A stretch of 64,000 nucleotides of DNA, from positions 97,402,001 through 97,466,000 of the forward strand of contig NC_042997.1 in assembly GCF_006345805.1 (NCBI RefSeq). Direction: 5' to 3'. Below are positions 32,660-46,100 of the stretch, in pieces. Position 1 is the first letter of the stretch; every line of letters starts with the position of its first letter. Made by a program: the position numbers and the translations under genes. Under the pieces are notes generated by a model that was not told the DNA's origin, made no database searches, and saw nothing but the letters and a program-made list of their open reading frames with translations. The stretch comes from Octopus sinensis. Lineage: Eukaryota.

Positions 32660-35600
32660 CTAGGAAAAGAAAAAAATACAACAGGCTACTGAAAAGTTCT
32701 TGGCTTTGGGTAAAAGAAAATACAGGAGGATCAGTTAATTATAATTTCATCGAACATATTTCCCTCTCAGATTCACACACTTATTGCGATAGTCCTTTAG
32801 TTTTTCTAAGCCTTGTAAGAGAAATCAGAATATTGGGCCTCCAACCAGGTCTTTTCAGTACTTCCATAGCAATGATAAACAATGAAAACTTGTTGGCAAA
32901 AATTAGTTGAATGAAGTTCACAAGATGAATTAAATTTGTGTTGTGAGGCAGACTTCATGATTTTTTAACTTATTCCTTTTTTTTTTTTTAGTGTTTTGGT
33001 TTTATTACCTTTACATTGCAGCTTAACTCTTAACACTGTTAAATATTTTCTTAATCAAAGGCCCACTCCAGTAACGATTCTGTTATAGAACAGAAATGAA
33101 TAATAGAAGCTATTAGAGTTTTCTTCTTTACTTTATAGAGATCCTTCTTTCAAAATGAATGTAAATAAAGTTAGTATGATTTTTGTGATATTGCTTGTTT
33201 TACGACTGACTGATCTATGCAGTCTTCTATGATGCTGTCTTAGAGGAAGTTAACAGTTAAATACTTAAAGCTCATTAGATAATTCACCTCCACCATATCA
33301 CTACTGCCACTATTGGTAAATCAACAATCAGTTGCAGGTTTTTCCCTTGAGAGGATTCCCTTCCTCAGTGGAATCTAAGAAATTAAATACTTATTTGTGA
33401 TGGAGTGCTCTCACAGAATAGTATACTGTATCTCTCCTTTGTAATTTGTTTAGCCCCGGGCCTGATCTGATCAAGTAGACTTCTGATCAACAACATTCTG
33501 TCCTTTATTCAGAGGCTGCTTGCTTTATCAGTACATTAAGCTCTGTAACATCCAGATTACTCTATCAAATGTAATGCTTACTGATTCACATTCTTTTTAA
33601 TTAACCATGTATGATCTTGCAACTTCAAGATTTTGATTGTGTGCTTATTTTTAGAATGACATTGTAGGGTAGATATGAAAGGCTGAATCTGGCAAGTTTG
33701 AACATAAAACGAAGTAGAATGTTTGAGCCTGATATGGCTAGTTTAAGTTCTAAAGGGATAAAGTTGTAAATGATTTCAGGACAGCAAGAATATACAAGTA
33801 TGCATGTGTTTTCATAACTATTGTTTTTACTTAGTATTTCCTTTTTGATGCTGACATGGGCTGGATGAATCATTCACTAAATAAATACATCAGTACAGGT
33901 TTTCAGCTATTTTTGCATGATGCATCAACCAGCCAGGTCCCTTCCCTGTGACTAGAGGTCAGCTTGCCAAGCTTCTCCAGTTAACCTCTGTATTGTGTTG
34001 CATTCTGACAATCAACCAACCCATTCTTTGATGTCAATCCACAAATATTTTTGATAGCTTCTTGCTCTCTTCCTCTCAACACTTCTTGTCAGGAAGGTCT
34101 TGGGCAATGACTCATGAGGCATAATGCATACAGCTACATCAAAAAACTAAAACTCCTTCTTCTTTAATGTTCCTCTAATAAGCCACTTATTTCATAAATG
34201 ATTAACTCACCTGTGAATTGAAATTGGTTGTTCTTCAAAAATTTAATATTTTCTCTTCTTGGTAATCCCATTTCAGCATGTTGCATTTTATCTGATTAAG
34301 AAAGCAATTAAAATCTTTTCTAATAAATGAAAAATCTATAAGACAGACACATGCATTCAATGAGTGTGAAACTACATCGCCTAAGTTCTAATTGCAAGAA
34401 TAGAGACTAGAGACAAGAGTTGTTTGAGCATTGTTGTATAGTGAAACTGAACAGCCCTCCCAGTAAAATGTGGTAGTAGCCAGCCATTATAAATAAACCA
34501 ATGGCCGGTCAACAGAAAAAGATCAGAAGAAGGCTGAGGGTACATATAGATTGTTGATAGTTGTCTCGGTTTCTGATATAGTAATTATACTGTGATACTA
34601 AATGGATATAATGATCCAACCTTTTCAGGATAATAACACTGTGTGACTGGGGGTTGTGCAGTGCCAGATACTAACATCCTGTTGATGACTTCAGAAGATA
34701 ACAATATCTGTCAAAAGACAGATACAACTGTAGCAAAATACTGCTTTATAATAGTGGTGATGAGGAAAAACAAATTTACGCTGAGTGAAAAAAACCATTC
34801 ACACGGAGAGTTTAAACTAATTCTTAAGCAAGATACTTTATTCCATGTTGCTCCAGTTTACCGAGCTGTTTGAAATGAGTTGCAATGTCACTGGTGTCAA
34901 GCTGTATCAGCTTTTCCCTTGGATGACATTGGTAGCATAGAGAGGGGAGGCTGGTATGCGTGGGCGACTGCTTGTCTTCCATAAACAATCTTGTCCAGAC
35001 TTGTGCCTCAGAGGGGAACTTTCTTGGTGCAATCCCATGGTCATTCATAACCAAAGGGGGTCATTACCCTTTACAATGGATTGGACCAATATTTAATTAT
35101 TTGTCTCACTAACAAGTACAATAGAATAAGATAGCTTGTGGAAGTCCCAACGCAGTTCTGATTTCTGATAGAGGACAAAGCAGTTACGTCATAAATGCTC
35201 TTGAGAAAGACATGAATGTAACTTAACTTCATACATCTCTATATGTTTTATAGTCTTGTATCTAAGTAAAAAAATAAACATTTACTTGTTCATACTTACA
35301 AGAAGGTTGCATGGAATGTCTTTGGTTTCTCAGTTCATCAAACCATTTTCTTACAGAATCCACTGTTATGTAACGGTCTTCATAATTATAAACCATATTC
35401 TATAAAATTATTTTTCTTTAAAATTTGCATATATCAGTTGATTACATTCATATATCAGTTATTTATAACCCCAGGTCAGATCTAATCAAACAGGTCTATA
35501 GTTATAGGCATTTTAGCCATGACCATTCCATCGTTTTTTCCAGACAATGTATTCAAAACTATGCATTCAAATTAATATGACCATTTATTTTTAAGATGGC

Positions 35601-37868
35601 AAAAAGTTATTTGATAGCGTTTTGCTGCTGTTTCTAGTAGATCAAGCCATGATGTATAGCCTTTCTCATTGATTTGGCATAGAATAGGTAGATAATATGG
35701 GTAGCTGGGCTAATATTGTAAGTGGAGCCAAATGTTTCATTGCTCTTTGTCTATCACTATCATTCCTTTGAGAATAGTTAAGACATCTAATTTCTCAATG
35801 ATTCCCTCCACCTGTCCTGTCCTGTCATTTTAATGTCCATTTTTCAATGCTTACATGAATCAAGTGAAATTCTTTGAGGCAGATTTTCTATAAATTGATA
35901 CCCTTCTTGCCATCAACACCCTCTCATTTCCAAGCAAGGTAATATATCTCCAAGGCCAAGCATGTTTCCACAAAAGATTATAAAAATAAAGGAAACTGCT
36001 TGTATGATAGTGACACTTATTTACAACTATTGAGCAGTGTCAAGACAAGGGAACAAACACACACATGCACATGCACAAATATATGCTGCAAAGCTTCTTT
36101 TAGTTTCCTTCTAAATTTGCTCACAAGACTTTATTTGGCATAAAGTGTCATGCTGTGGGACTGAACTTGAAACCATGTAATCAAGAACTTAATCTCCTAA
36201 CTACACAACCATATCTGTGTTATTTAATAACAATTCAGACTTGAAAAGGAGCTATGTTAGAAAAAAAAAACCATTCTGTTTCTCTGGTTTTCTCTTCTGC
36301 AGTCAACTCCTGTAGGTTCAGTATGGAAAGATTATAAGGACTCTGATAAAATAGCTTGTTGTAGATTCAGTTCAGTTTACTATGATGTTTCAGTGGTACT
36401 TCAACAGACTATGGAATAGTGGATCATCTCCAGAGTGAGTGATTTGGTTATTAGCCACATACGCAAAGTAGAAGAAACATCATTGACTTCTTTACCTCAT
36501 TGGACTGAGGTAATCAAATGAAAAATCCACATATTGTGCCTACTTTTTGATTAGTGTTTATTATTAACTCAAACAAATTTATGTAATTTAAAAAAAAATA
36601 AAAAGCATTCTACCTATACTAATGTTGTGAAGATACATGGCTCAGTGGTTACAGTATCAGGTTCACAATCATGAGGCAGTAAGTTCAATTCCCAGACCAG
36701 GCTGTGTGCTGTGTTTATGAGCGAGACACTTTATTTTGTGTTACTCCAGTTCACTCAGCTGAAGAAATGAGCTGCATCATCACTGGTGCCCAGCTGTATC
36801 GGCCTTTGCCTTTCCCTTAGATAACCTTGGTGGCATGGAGGCTGTTATGCATGGGCGACTACTGGTCTTCCATTAAAACAACCTTGCCCAGACTTGTGTC
36901 TCAGAGGGTAACTTTCAAGGTGCAATCCCATGGTCATTCACGACAGAAGGGAGTCTTTTATTTTACTTATACTAACATACAGGTGCCGGCATAGATGTGT
37001 GGTTAAGAAGCTTGCTTTAAAACAACATGGTTGCAGGTTCAGTCCTACTGCATGGTACCTCAAGTAAATGTCTTCTTACATAGACCTGGGTTGACCAATG
37101 CCTTGTGAGTGAATTTGGTAGACAGAAAGTGTGGCAGTCCTCTGTGTGTGTGTGTGTGTGTTTGTGTTTGCTGCCTCACCTACTGCTTGACAACTAGTGT
37201 TGGTTCATTTTCATCCTTGTAACTTAGTTTAACAAAACAGACCAATAGAATAAGCACCAAACTTAAAAATTAAGTACTAGAGTGATTTGTTTGGCCAAAA
37301 GCCTTCAAGGTAGTGTCCCAGCATGACTACAGTCCCATGACTGGAACAAATCATAATCATCATTACATCATTACAGATTTAAATAGAAATTTGAATTTAA
37401 AAATACATACAAACACTGTAGTAGTATGAAGAAACGAGTGTAAACCAGAAAGAAAACAACAATTTCTACATACCTCTGAAAAATACACAACAGATAATGC
37501 TGGTGTAGATGGATTTTCAAAATATGTTTCCAGTAATTCAGTTCCAAAATTGTTGAGAGCAGTTCTAATTAGAGAAGAGAAATTTAATGAGGCTGATGAA
37601 AATACAAGGATTTGGATTTTTATCTGAATTCTGAAGTAACCCTTTAATATCTAAACTGGGTATATCCAGCCCAAATATCCTATCATAGGCGTAGGAGTGG
37701 CTGTGTGGTAAATAGCTTGCTTACCAATCACATGGTTCTGCGTTCAGTCCCACTGCGTGGCACCTTGGCCAAGTTTCTTCTACTATAGCCTTGGGCCGAC
37801 CAAAGCCTTGTGAGTGGATTTGGTAGACGGAAACTGAAAGAAGCCCGTCGTATATATGTATATGTATG

Positions 37869-37946
<78 letters not shown>

Positions 37947-39895
37947 CGTGTGTATATGTTTGTGTGTCTGTCTTTGTCCCACCAACATCGCTTGACAACC
38001 GATGCTGGTGTGTTTACGTCCCTGTAACTTAGCGGTTCAGCAAAAGAGACCGATAGAATAAGTACTAGGCTTACTAAGAATAAGTCCTGGGGTCGATTTG
38101 CTCGACTAAAGGCGGTGCTCCTGCATGGCCACAGTCAAAATGACTGAAACAAGTAATAGAGTATCTATTTTCTCTTCAAACTGGCTATATCTGGCTCCAA
38201 TATTCTACATGTTTTATGTTCAAACTGGCTATATCCAAATCAAATATTCTATCTGTTTTGTGTTCTGACCAACCATATCCAGCCCAAATATTCTACCTGT
38301 TTTATATTCTGACTGGCCTCTCATACCTACCCTACAATGTTGTTCTACCGCAAGTGTGATCGTTACTTCAAGCGTGATTGTTACCTGCATTGCCTTAGCT
38401 GGTGGCACATGAAAAAACATTCAAGCGAAGTCGTTGCCAGTACCACTGGACTGGCTCCTGTGCAGGTGGCACATAAAAAGCACCATTTGAGCATGGCCAT
38501 TGCCAGTACCGCTTGATTGGCTCTTGTGCCGGTAGCACATAAAAGCACCCACTACACTCTCGGGGTGATTGGTGTTAGGAAAGGCATCCAGCTGTAGAAA
38601 CTATGCCAGGTCAGATTGGAGTCAGGTGCAGCCATCTGGTTCACAAGACCTCAGTCAAATCGTCCAACCCATGCTAGCATGGAAAGTGAACGTTAAACAA
38701 CAACGACGACGATGATGATGATGATGATCATCATCATCATCATTTAACGTCCATTATCCATGTGTGTTTTGGCATGGTTTCTACAGCTGGATGCCCTTTC
38801 TAATGTTATATATTTAAAAAGTCCACTCTGCCAATAATGAAGCCTGTTTTGTGGTTGTTATTAAAAGATGAAATATAGCATACTTACACATTTATCCAAG
38901 TGAAAATCATATCTTGACCAAGCTTAGACATAGACAACTGCTGAATATTTGAATAGGATTCTTCCTCCATAGATTTTATAAACAGAATTACAAGTGGCTG
39001 CCCAGATTGTAGGATCTTGGGCAAAATGTCTGGAAAAAGTTCCATCTGAAAGTTAAGAGATAAAAAAATGATTATTCACAAAAAAGTAATTGCAAAATAT
39101 AAAATAGGCTTTGAATATATATTAGACATTTTTTGGTGCAAGACAAATGTGGAATTAGACTATGAAATTCACATTTGGAAAATTCATCAGAAACATATTT
39201 TTTTAATATAATTCACTGACTTAGTTTTTCTTAATGTTCATAATAATAATTATGATAATAGTCATAATAATAATAATAATAATAATAGTAAACTGGTAGT
39301 GGGAGCATTTCAACTCTGTGTGAGTATATGAGTGTGTATGTAAAAGGGAGGTGTGTGTGTGTGTGTGTGTGTGCAATGGAAGTGGGATGGTGAACATTCA
39401 ACTCCAAAAAGAAAAATCAGTGTTCCAACTCTGTGTGTGTGTGTGTGTGTGTATGCTTTGTGAATGTTTGTATGAGTGAACCAGCATTCTTTCAGTAACA
39501 AATAATGATTGTTGTCACATCTCAAAAGACAACTGCTAGATAACATTGACAAGTGTATTAATTTGATTTACCATCCATATTTATATATAAGATACTACAA
39601 TTAGCCGTCATTTTTGATGGCACGGGGCCAGCTAATAATAATAACAATAATAATAATAATAATAATAATAATGATAATAATAATCCACTTTTCCATGCAT
39701 GCATGAGTTCAAATGGAGTTTATTGAGGCAGATTTTCTGTGACCAGATGCTCTTCCTGTCACCAACTCTCACCTATTTCCAAACAAGGCAATATTTCCCC
39801 ATGGCCAGACTTGGAAATGAATGACACTGCTTGCATGACTCTGACTATTATTTTAGAAATATCACATGATGTTAAGACAAAGGGATATAATTATA

Positions 39896-39936
<41 letters not shown>

Positions 39937-42857
39937 GACTTCTTTTACTTTCCATCACCCAAATCCACACAGGTTAGCCCAGGGTTATAGGTAGAAGACA
40001 CCTCTTAAGGTGTCATATACACATACAGACACATACACACACTTGCTCCACACACACACACACACAAAATGGACTTCTTTTACTTTCCATCACCCAAATC
40101 CACACAGGTTAGCCCAGGGTTATAGGTAGAAGACACCTCTTAAGGTGTCATATACACATACAGACACATACACACACTTGCTCCACACACACCACACACA
40201 AATACACACACACATGCATGCACACACACACACACTCACTCACACACACACACACACCACACCACACACACACACACACACAACAAATACACACACACAT
40301 GCATGCACACATACACACACACTCACTCACACCACACACACACCACACACACACACACAAATACACACACACATGCATGCACACACACATGCATGCACAC
40401 ACACACACCACACACAAATGCACACACACATACATGCATACACACACACACACATGCACACTGTATTACAGGAATTGCTACCTATGTTAATAAGAGAGAG
40501 TGGAGATAAGCAGTGTTGTCATTTAAACCATACAATTGTAAGATATAGCTAACGGATAATGATTTGTAAGGACATCATTATGCAAACATATTAAACACTT
40601 TATAAGTCAATACTATGTTCTACTGTGTTAGCAGTGCTACTAAATTACTTGGTAAGGTATAAGACTTAACCTTAATTGAAAAATACTTAACACAGTAATC
40701 TCCCCTGTATAGTAAAAGTATATGAAGGCCTAGCTCTGAATCTGAAATTTTATCCATGCCTTCGATCAGCTACACTACCTGTATGCCATACATTAGCCAG
40801 AATGAAACTGACTGAAACCAATTCAACAATAGTCAGAGAAGGTAGAAAAGTTGGTGGAGTGAGAGAGAATGATAGGTGGTGGGTGTGGTGTTATGTAAAC
40901 TCTAGTCAGTCTTGAGAAGATGAATAATACATAGATTATGTCCGTTTGGACTGGTCTCTAACAAATAGGTAATTGGTCACATGACTTACTGGTGATCCAC
41001 TGTAAGATTTAGATAGATCAATGGTTCTTAATCTTTTTTTTTTATTTTGTAGCCCTTCCCTCCTTCACCAACCTTTTAAGTAGTCATTCTGCCTAGCATC
41101 CACTTAAATTTACTTTATACATTGTAAGTTAATAACTTTACTGTGCCTGATGTGAGAATTTTATTTTTATAACCATTTTATTTTTATGTAATTATACATA
41201 CACACACACAAAAACAAAATGGGCTTCTTTCAATTTCCATCAACCAAATCCACACAGGTTAGCCCAGGGCTATATTTTTATTTCATAACCCTTTTATTTT
41301 TATAACCATTACTAATTTTGTTTCGTGGGATAGAAGAGTTGCTGAAGAGGTCACAGATGTGTGATGAAAGATTTCCAGACATTGGACATACGATAAGATA
41401 AGAATAATAATAGAGTGAAGAACAAATATATAGTGCATGTGTTTATTTGGCAAGAAAAACAAAATGACCCTCCCAAAATATAACATCACTAGTTTTATTA
41501 TGCATAAAATAATTACTACGACAGGTAAAATTTAGTATGTTAATTATGTTACCTCACCCCATCCTAAAGCCTAATATGCCCCCTTCGACATATCCAGTGC
41601 TCCCTTGGGGGTGGTACCACCCACACTAAGAATCTTTGGAATAAATGGATAATGATCATCATTAGATGATAATGTGTAGAATTCTACTGCGATTGTTAAA
41701 GAATGAAGCTGAAATAAAAAGAATACTTACAAAATGAGATTTATAAGAATTTTTCACAAATGTTGTCATTGCTGGTACAGAAAACTGGTCAACCATTTTG
41801 TTGATTAACAGATCTTGGTTTGTCCACTTGAGAGTCAACACAGAAGGTACAGCTACTTGTTGTAGATGGCCACTGCCAATATATAAGTAAATGGAATAAA
41901 TATTTCATCTTTTAATATAATAAGCGCAAATATCAGTGTGTCCACACTTTTTCAACTTTACTCCTAGAGACCATAGCCCAACATATCATACCATTTTGGA
42001 ATCAAGCTGACTCCTTGAATAAATCTAAAACATTTTGATTTGAATCCAGACTCGCAATCCTGAAATTTTGGATTCCCAAATTTTCATTACTGCAATTGTT
42101 TTTGGAAATTTTTTGCAACAAATTTTTTTCGTATGATAACAGTTTTTATAACTTGGAAATAAATTTGGGGAATAATCAAAATTAATTGCAAAATCCAGTG
42201 ATTATTTTGGGGGATTTTTTTACACGATCTTTTGTGATGAATATTGGGAGTCATCATTGGGATATGACTCTGGAGGAAGCAATTGCAACAGATTCTCCAA
42301 AACAAGTCGGAGGTCTGTTTACGGACCTTCCCATTCTGGGTCAATGACTTAAAAATCATATGCTAGCTTAAAATATATTTTATACAACATTCATCATTAT
42401 CATCATCATCATCATTGTTTAATGTCCGTTTTCCATGCTAGCATGGGTTTGACAGTTTGACTGGGGTCTGGGAAGCCAGGAGGCTGCACCAGGTTCTAGT
42501 CTGATCTGGCAGTGTTTCTACAGCTGGATGCCCTTCCTAACACCAACCACTCTGTGAGTGTAGTGGGTGCTTTTTACGTTCCACTGACAACACGTGCCAC
42601 TGGCAACAGCCACGATTGGTTGGTACTTTTTACATGCCACCAATAATACTTTCTAGGTTTTAGTACAAGGTCTGTAATTTTGGCTGGGATGGGGAGAAAA
42701 TGAATTACATTGACCTGAGTAGTTGACTAGTACTTTATTTTATTGACCCCAAAATGATGAAAAGTCAACCTGTAGGATTTGAACTCAGAACGTAAAGAGC
42801 TGGAAGAAATATTGTTAAGCATTTTATCTGTTCTAAAAATTCTGCTGGTTCACTACC

Positions 42858-42892
<35 letters not shown>

Positions 42893-43146
42893 CCTTTCTA
42901 CTATAGTCACAAGGCCTGAAATTTGAAGGAGGGGGATAGTTAATTACATCAACCCCAATGCTCAGTGGATACTTATTTTACCAACCCCCAACAAAATGAA
43001 GGGCAAAGTCAACCTTGGTAAAATTTGAACTTAGAACATAACGATGAAAGAAATGCTACAAAGCATTTTACCCAGTATGCTAATGATTCTGCCACCTTGC
43101 CACCTTAATATGATGATGATGATGATGGTGATGATGGTGGTGGTGG

Positions 43147-43177
<31 letters not shown>

Positions 43178-46100
43178 GGTGATAATGATGGTGGTAGTGG
43201 TGGTGGCATGACAACGATAATGACAGCAACAATAACAACAATAACAATAATAGTCTTTCTAATTTTCAGTACAGGTCTTTGATCCAATAATAACTTTCTC
43301 ATTTCCTGCCAATGACAGGGGCCTTGGGAAGTGGTGTGGACACTGCATTTCTACCACTGATTAAGGTATCATCCCTTTTGTTATTATATTCCTGTTGAAG
43401 TATGCTGCCTTTGTTGTAATCAATTTTGAAAATTAATGAAGGATTTAGTAAAATAATTTCATTGTTATTAAACTGGTGTTTGGAACACAAATCAATTTAG
43501 ATCACTCTAAGCAAAAAGTATTTTTTATCATAGAACCAAGGGCAGTCTCGGGCAAATACGTATCAAAAGAGTTCTAAAACAATAAGAAATATAAAGAAAT
43601 GGTATATCAGCTAGGCTGAGTACATTAGCTGGTTTTCAATGTTTTTCACAGCAACAAGTTAAGTTAAGAAAACAAAGGATGACTTAACTATGATGTAAAT
43701 GGAGGTTGTTACAAAAACCAGAGATATGTTGGAAGATGAAAAGAGAATGCTATGCTTGGGGATGGTCATCTTTTGCTTAATTAAGCATACACACTATTTA
43801 TTTGGTCTTCACTTTAGCTTTACTACCTCTGCCTTAGCAAATTGAAGGTATTGTTTTCACTTGTGTTTGTTTGTTTGTTTGTCCTTGGACAAGATATCTC
43901 AATAACCACTGGATGGACTAGGATGAAACTTTCAGGGATGTTTGGCCTTATGCATGGCATAAACTGATTAGATTTTGGGATCGATCCAGGATTCTTGGCA
44001 AGGATTCTGGATTATTTTTCCGTTTTTTTACTTAATTTTTGAGAGCAGCCAGGTTCATTTTTAGCATTCTCATTTGTGAGAGCAGTTGAGTTTATTTCAG
44101 ATTTTCTCATTTTAAAAATCATCTCCGGCTATTCGTTGAGAGGACATTGGTGTTGCGTTGGTGGAGGTTTGCGCTCTCTGAGTGCTCTTGTTATTTCTGT
44201 TTTTAGTTTATTTGTCTAAGTTCTTTTGTTGCACATTCTGTGACCTCTTCAAAAACTTTCTGTCCCATACATCTTCTTTTGTCCTGTATATCCATTTTGT
44301 CTTTTTGACAGAAAGACAAAATGGAAATTGACAAATGATACCATCCCCATGTATAAAAATATCTGTTTCAACAAACCATTTCACTTCAAGAATCTTACAA
44401 AACAAATTCATAAACATGGGAAGAGAGAATGATATGATAAGATTTCTTGAGTTTCCAAATGAACAGGTTTTAATAACTTTCAGCAGTAAAGAAATAAAAG
44501 TGATGAGACCAAGGCCTGATAATTCTACCATTCAATGACTTAATTCATAGAAAGAAAATGTAGCTTATCTTACAAATAAGCTGCATCAGAACCAGTGAGT
44601 AGAATAAACAATGCTGTCCCTTTTTCTGCTTTGGCAACTTTATAGAATTCCTTGATTTCTGTTAATAGAATATAAACATGAGAAATTAAAATATAGAGAA
44701 ATATCACTTAAATATTGATATATTTTGGGATGGTCATTTTTTTTTTTTTTGCCAAATAAACACATGCACTAACTATTCATTCTTCACTAATTTATTTTTA
44801 AAAAACGAATGTCCTGAAATATAACAATATCTCTTTGAATACACACATTCATCATCATCATCATCATCACCATCGTCATTTAACGTCTGTTTTCCATGAT
44901 AGCATGGGCTGGACGGTTTGAATGAAAACTGCCAAGTAGGGGAGCTGCACCAGGTTCCAGTCTGATTTGGCAAGGTTTCTACAGCTAGATACTCTTCCAA
45001 ATGCCAACCACTCCAAGAGTTTAGTGGGTGCATTTTATGTGCTACAGGCACAGGTGCCAGTTACATAACACTAGCACCGGCCATGATTACGATCTCACTT
45101 GGCTTGACAGGTCTTCTCAAGCACAGCATATCTCCCAATATGTAAAAAGGGTGCTTTTTACATGCCAGTTACTAGACACTGGCATCGGCCATGACTATGA
45201 ACACACTCGGCTTGATGGGTCTTCTCAAGCACGGCATATTGCCAATGGTCTCAGTCACTTGTCATTACCTACATGAGGCCCAACATTGAAAGATCATACT
45301 TTAACACCTTGTCCCATGTCTTTCTGAGTCTACTGCTTTCACAGGTTCTGTCCATTGTTCAGCACTTCTTCACACAGCTGTCCTTGTCTATACGCATCAC
45401 ACGACCATACCAATGCAGTCATCTCTCTTGTACACCACATCAAATGCCTCTTCAGTTTCCATCTACCAAATCCACTCACAAGGCTTTGGTTAGCCTGAGG
45501 CTATAGTAGAAGACACTTGGCGAAGGTGCCAAGCAGTGGGTCTGAATCTGGAACCATGTGGTTGGGAAGCAAGCTGCTTACCACACAGCCATGCCTGCGC
45601 CTATACACACACACACACACACACACACATATGTGTGTGTGTGTGTGTGTATGTATGTATATATATATAAACACACGCATGCATGCACACACATACACAC
45701 AATTGCACACAATACACACATTCATATGCATCCAGCCATAGAAAAACTGCCTAAATAAATTCTGTCTGACCCATGCAATCATGGAATATTAGACATTAAA
45801 ACAATATTGATAATGATGATGATTTAAGAGAAGTTTATAACATGTAAGTTTATTGATTCCAGGAATAAATGACTTTGTATGCTGTAAACTCGGCTCTATT
45901 TGCAGAACCTGGCAAAGATGTGAAGAACATCCACATGTTAAAAAATGGTCAAAACTCAAATACCTAATGGTTAATAAAATAAATGTGAAAGTACTAACAG
46001 AGATCACAAAATCTATTTGCCATGAAGTAACAAGTCAATACAGGACTTATATTCAGCCATAAGCAATAGAAGACTGAGAACAAGAACTTCAAAATTTGCT

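Noticed and set aside
32614-32910. 98-aa + strand ORF
   Set aside because: Antisense to the TXNDC16 last exon and its polypyrimidine tract; no recognisable homology.
33310-33330. TGA as selenocysteine in a thioredoxin-family tail (TCN-U)
   Set aside because: No SECIS-like structure seen downstream, no CxxU context, and a better last exon exists.
40145-40552. His/Thr-rich and Cys/Val-rich ORFs
   Set aside because: (CA)n microsatellite translation.
41930-42360. Possible DNA transposon fragment / 90-aa ORF
   Set aside because: Terminal-like sequence on one side only, no recognisable motif; insufficient support.
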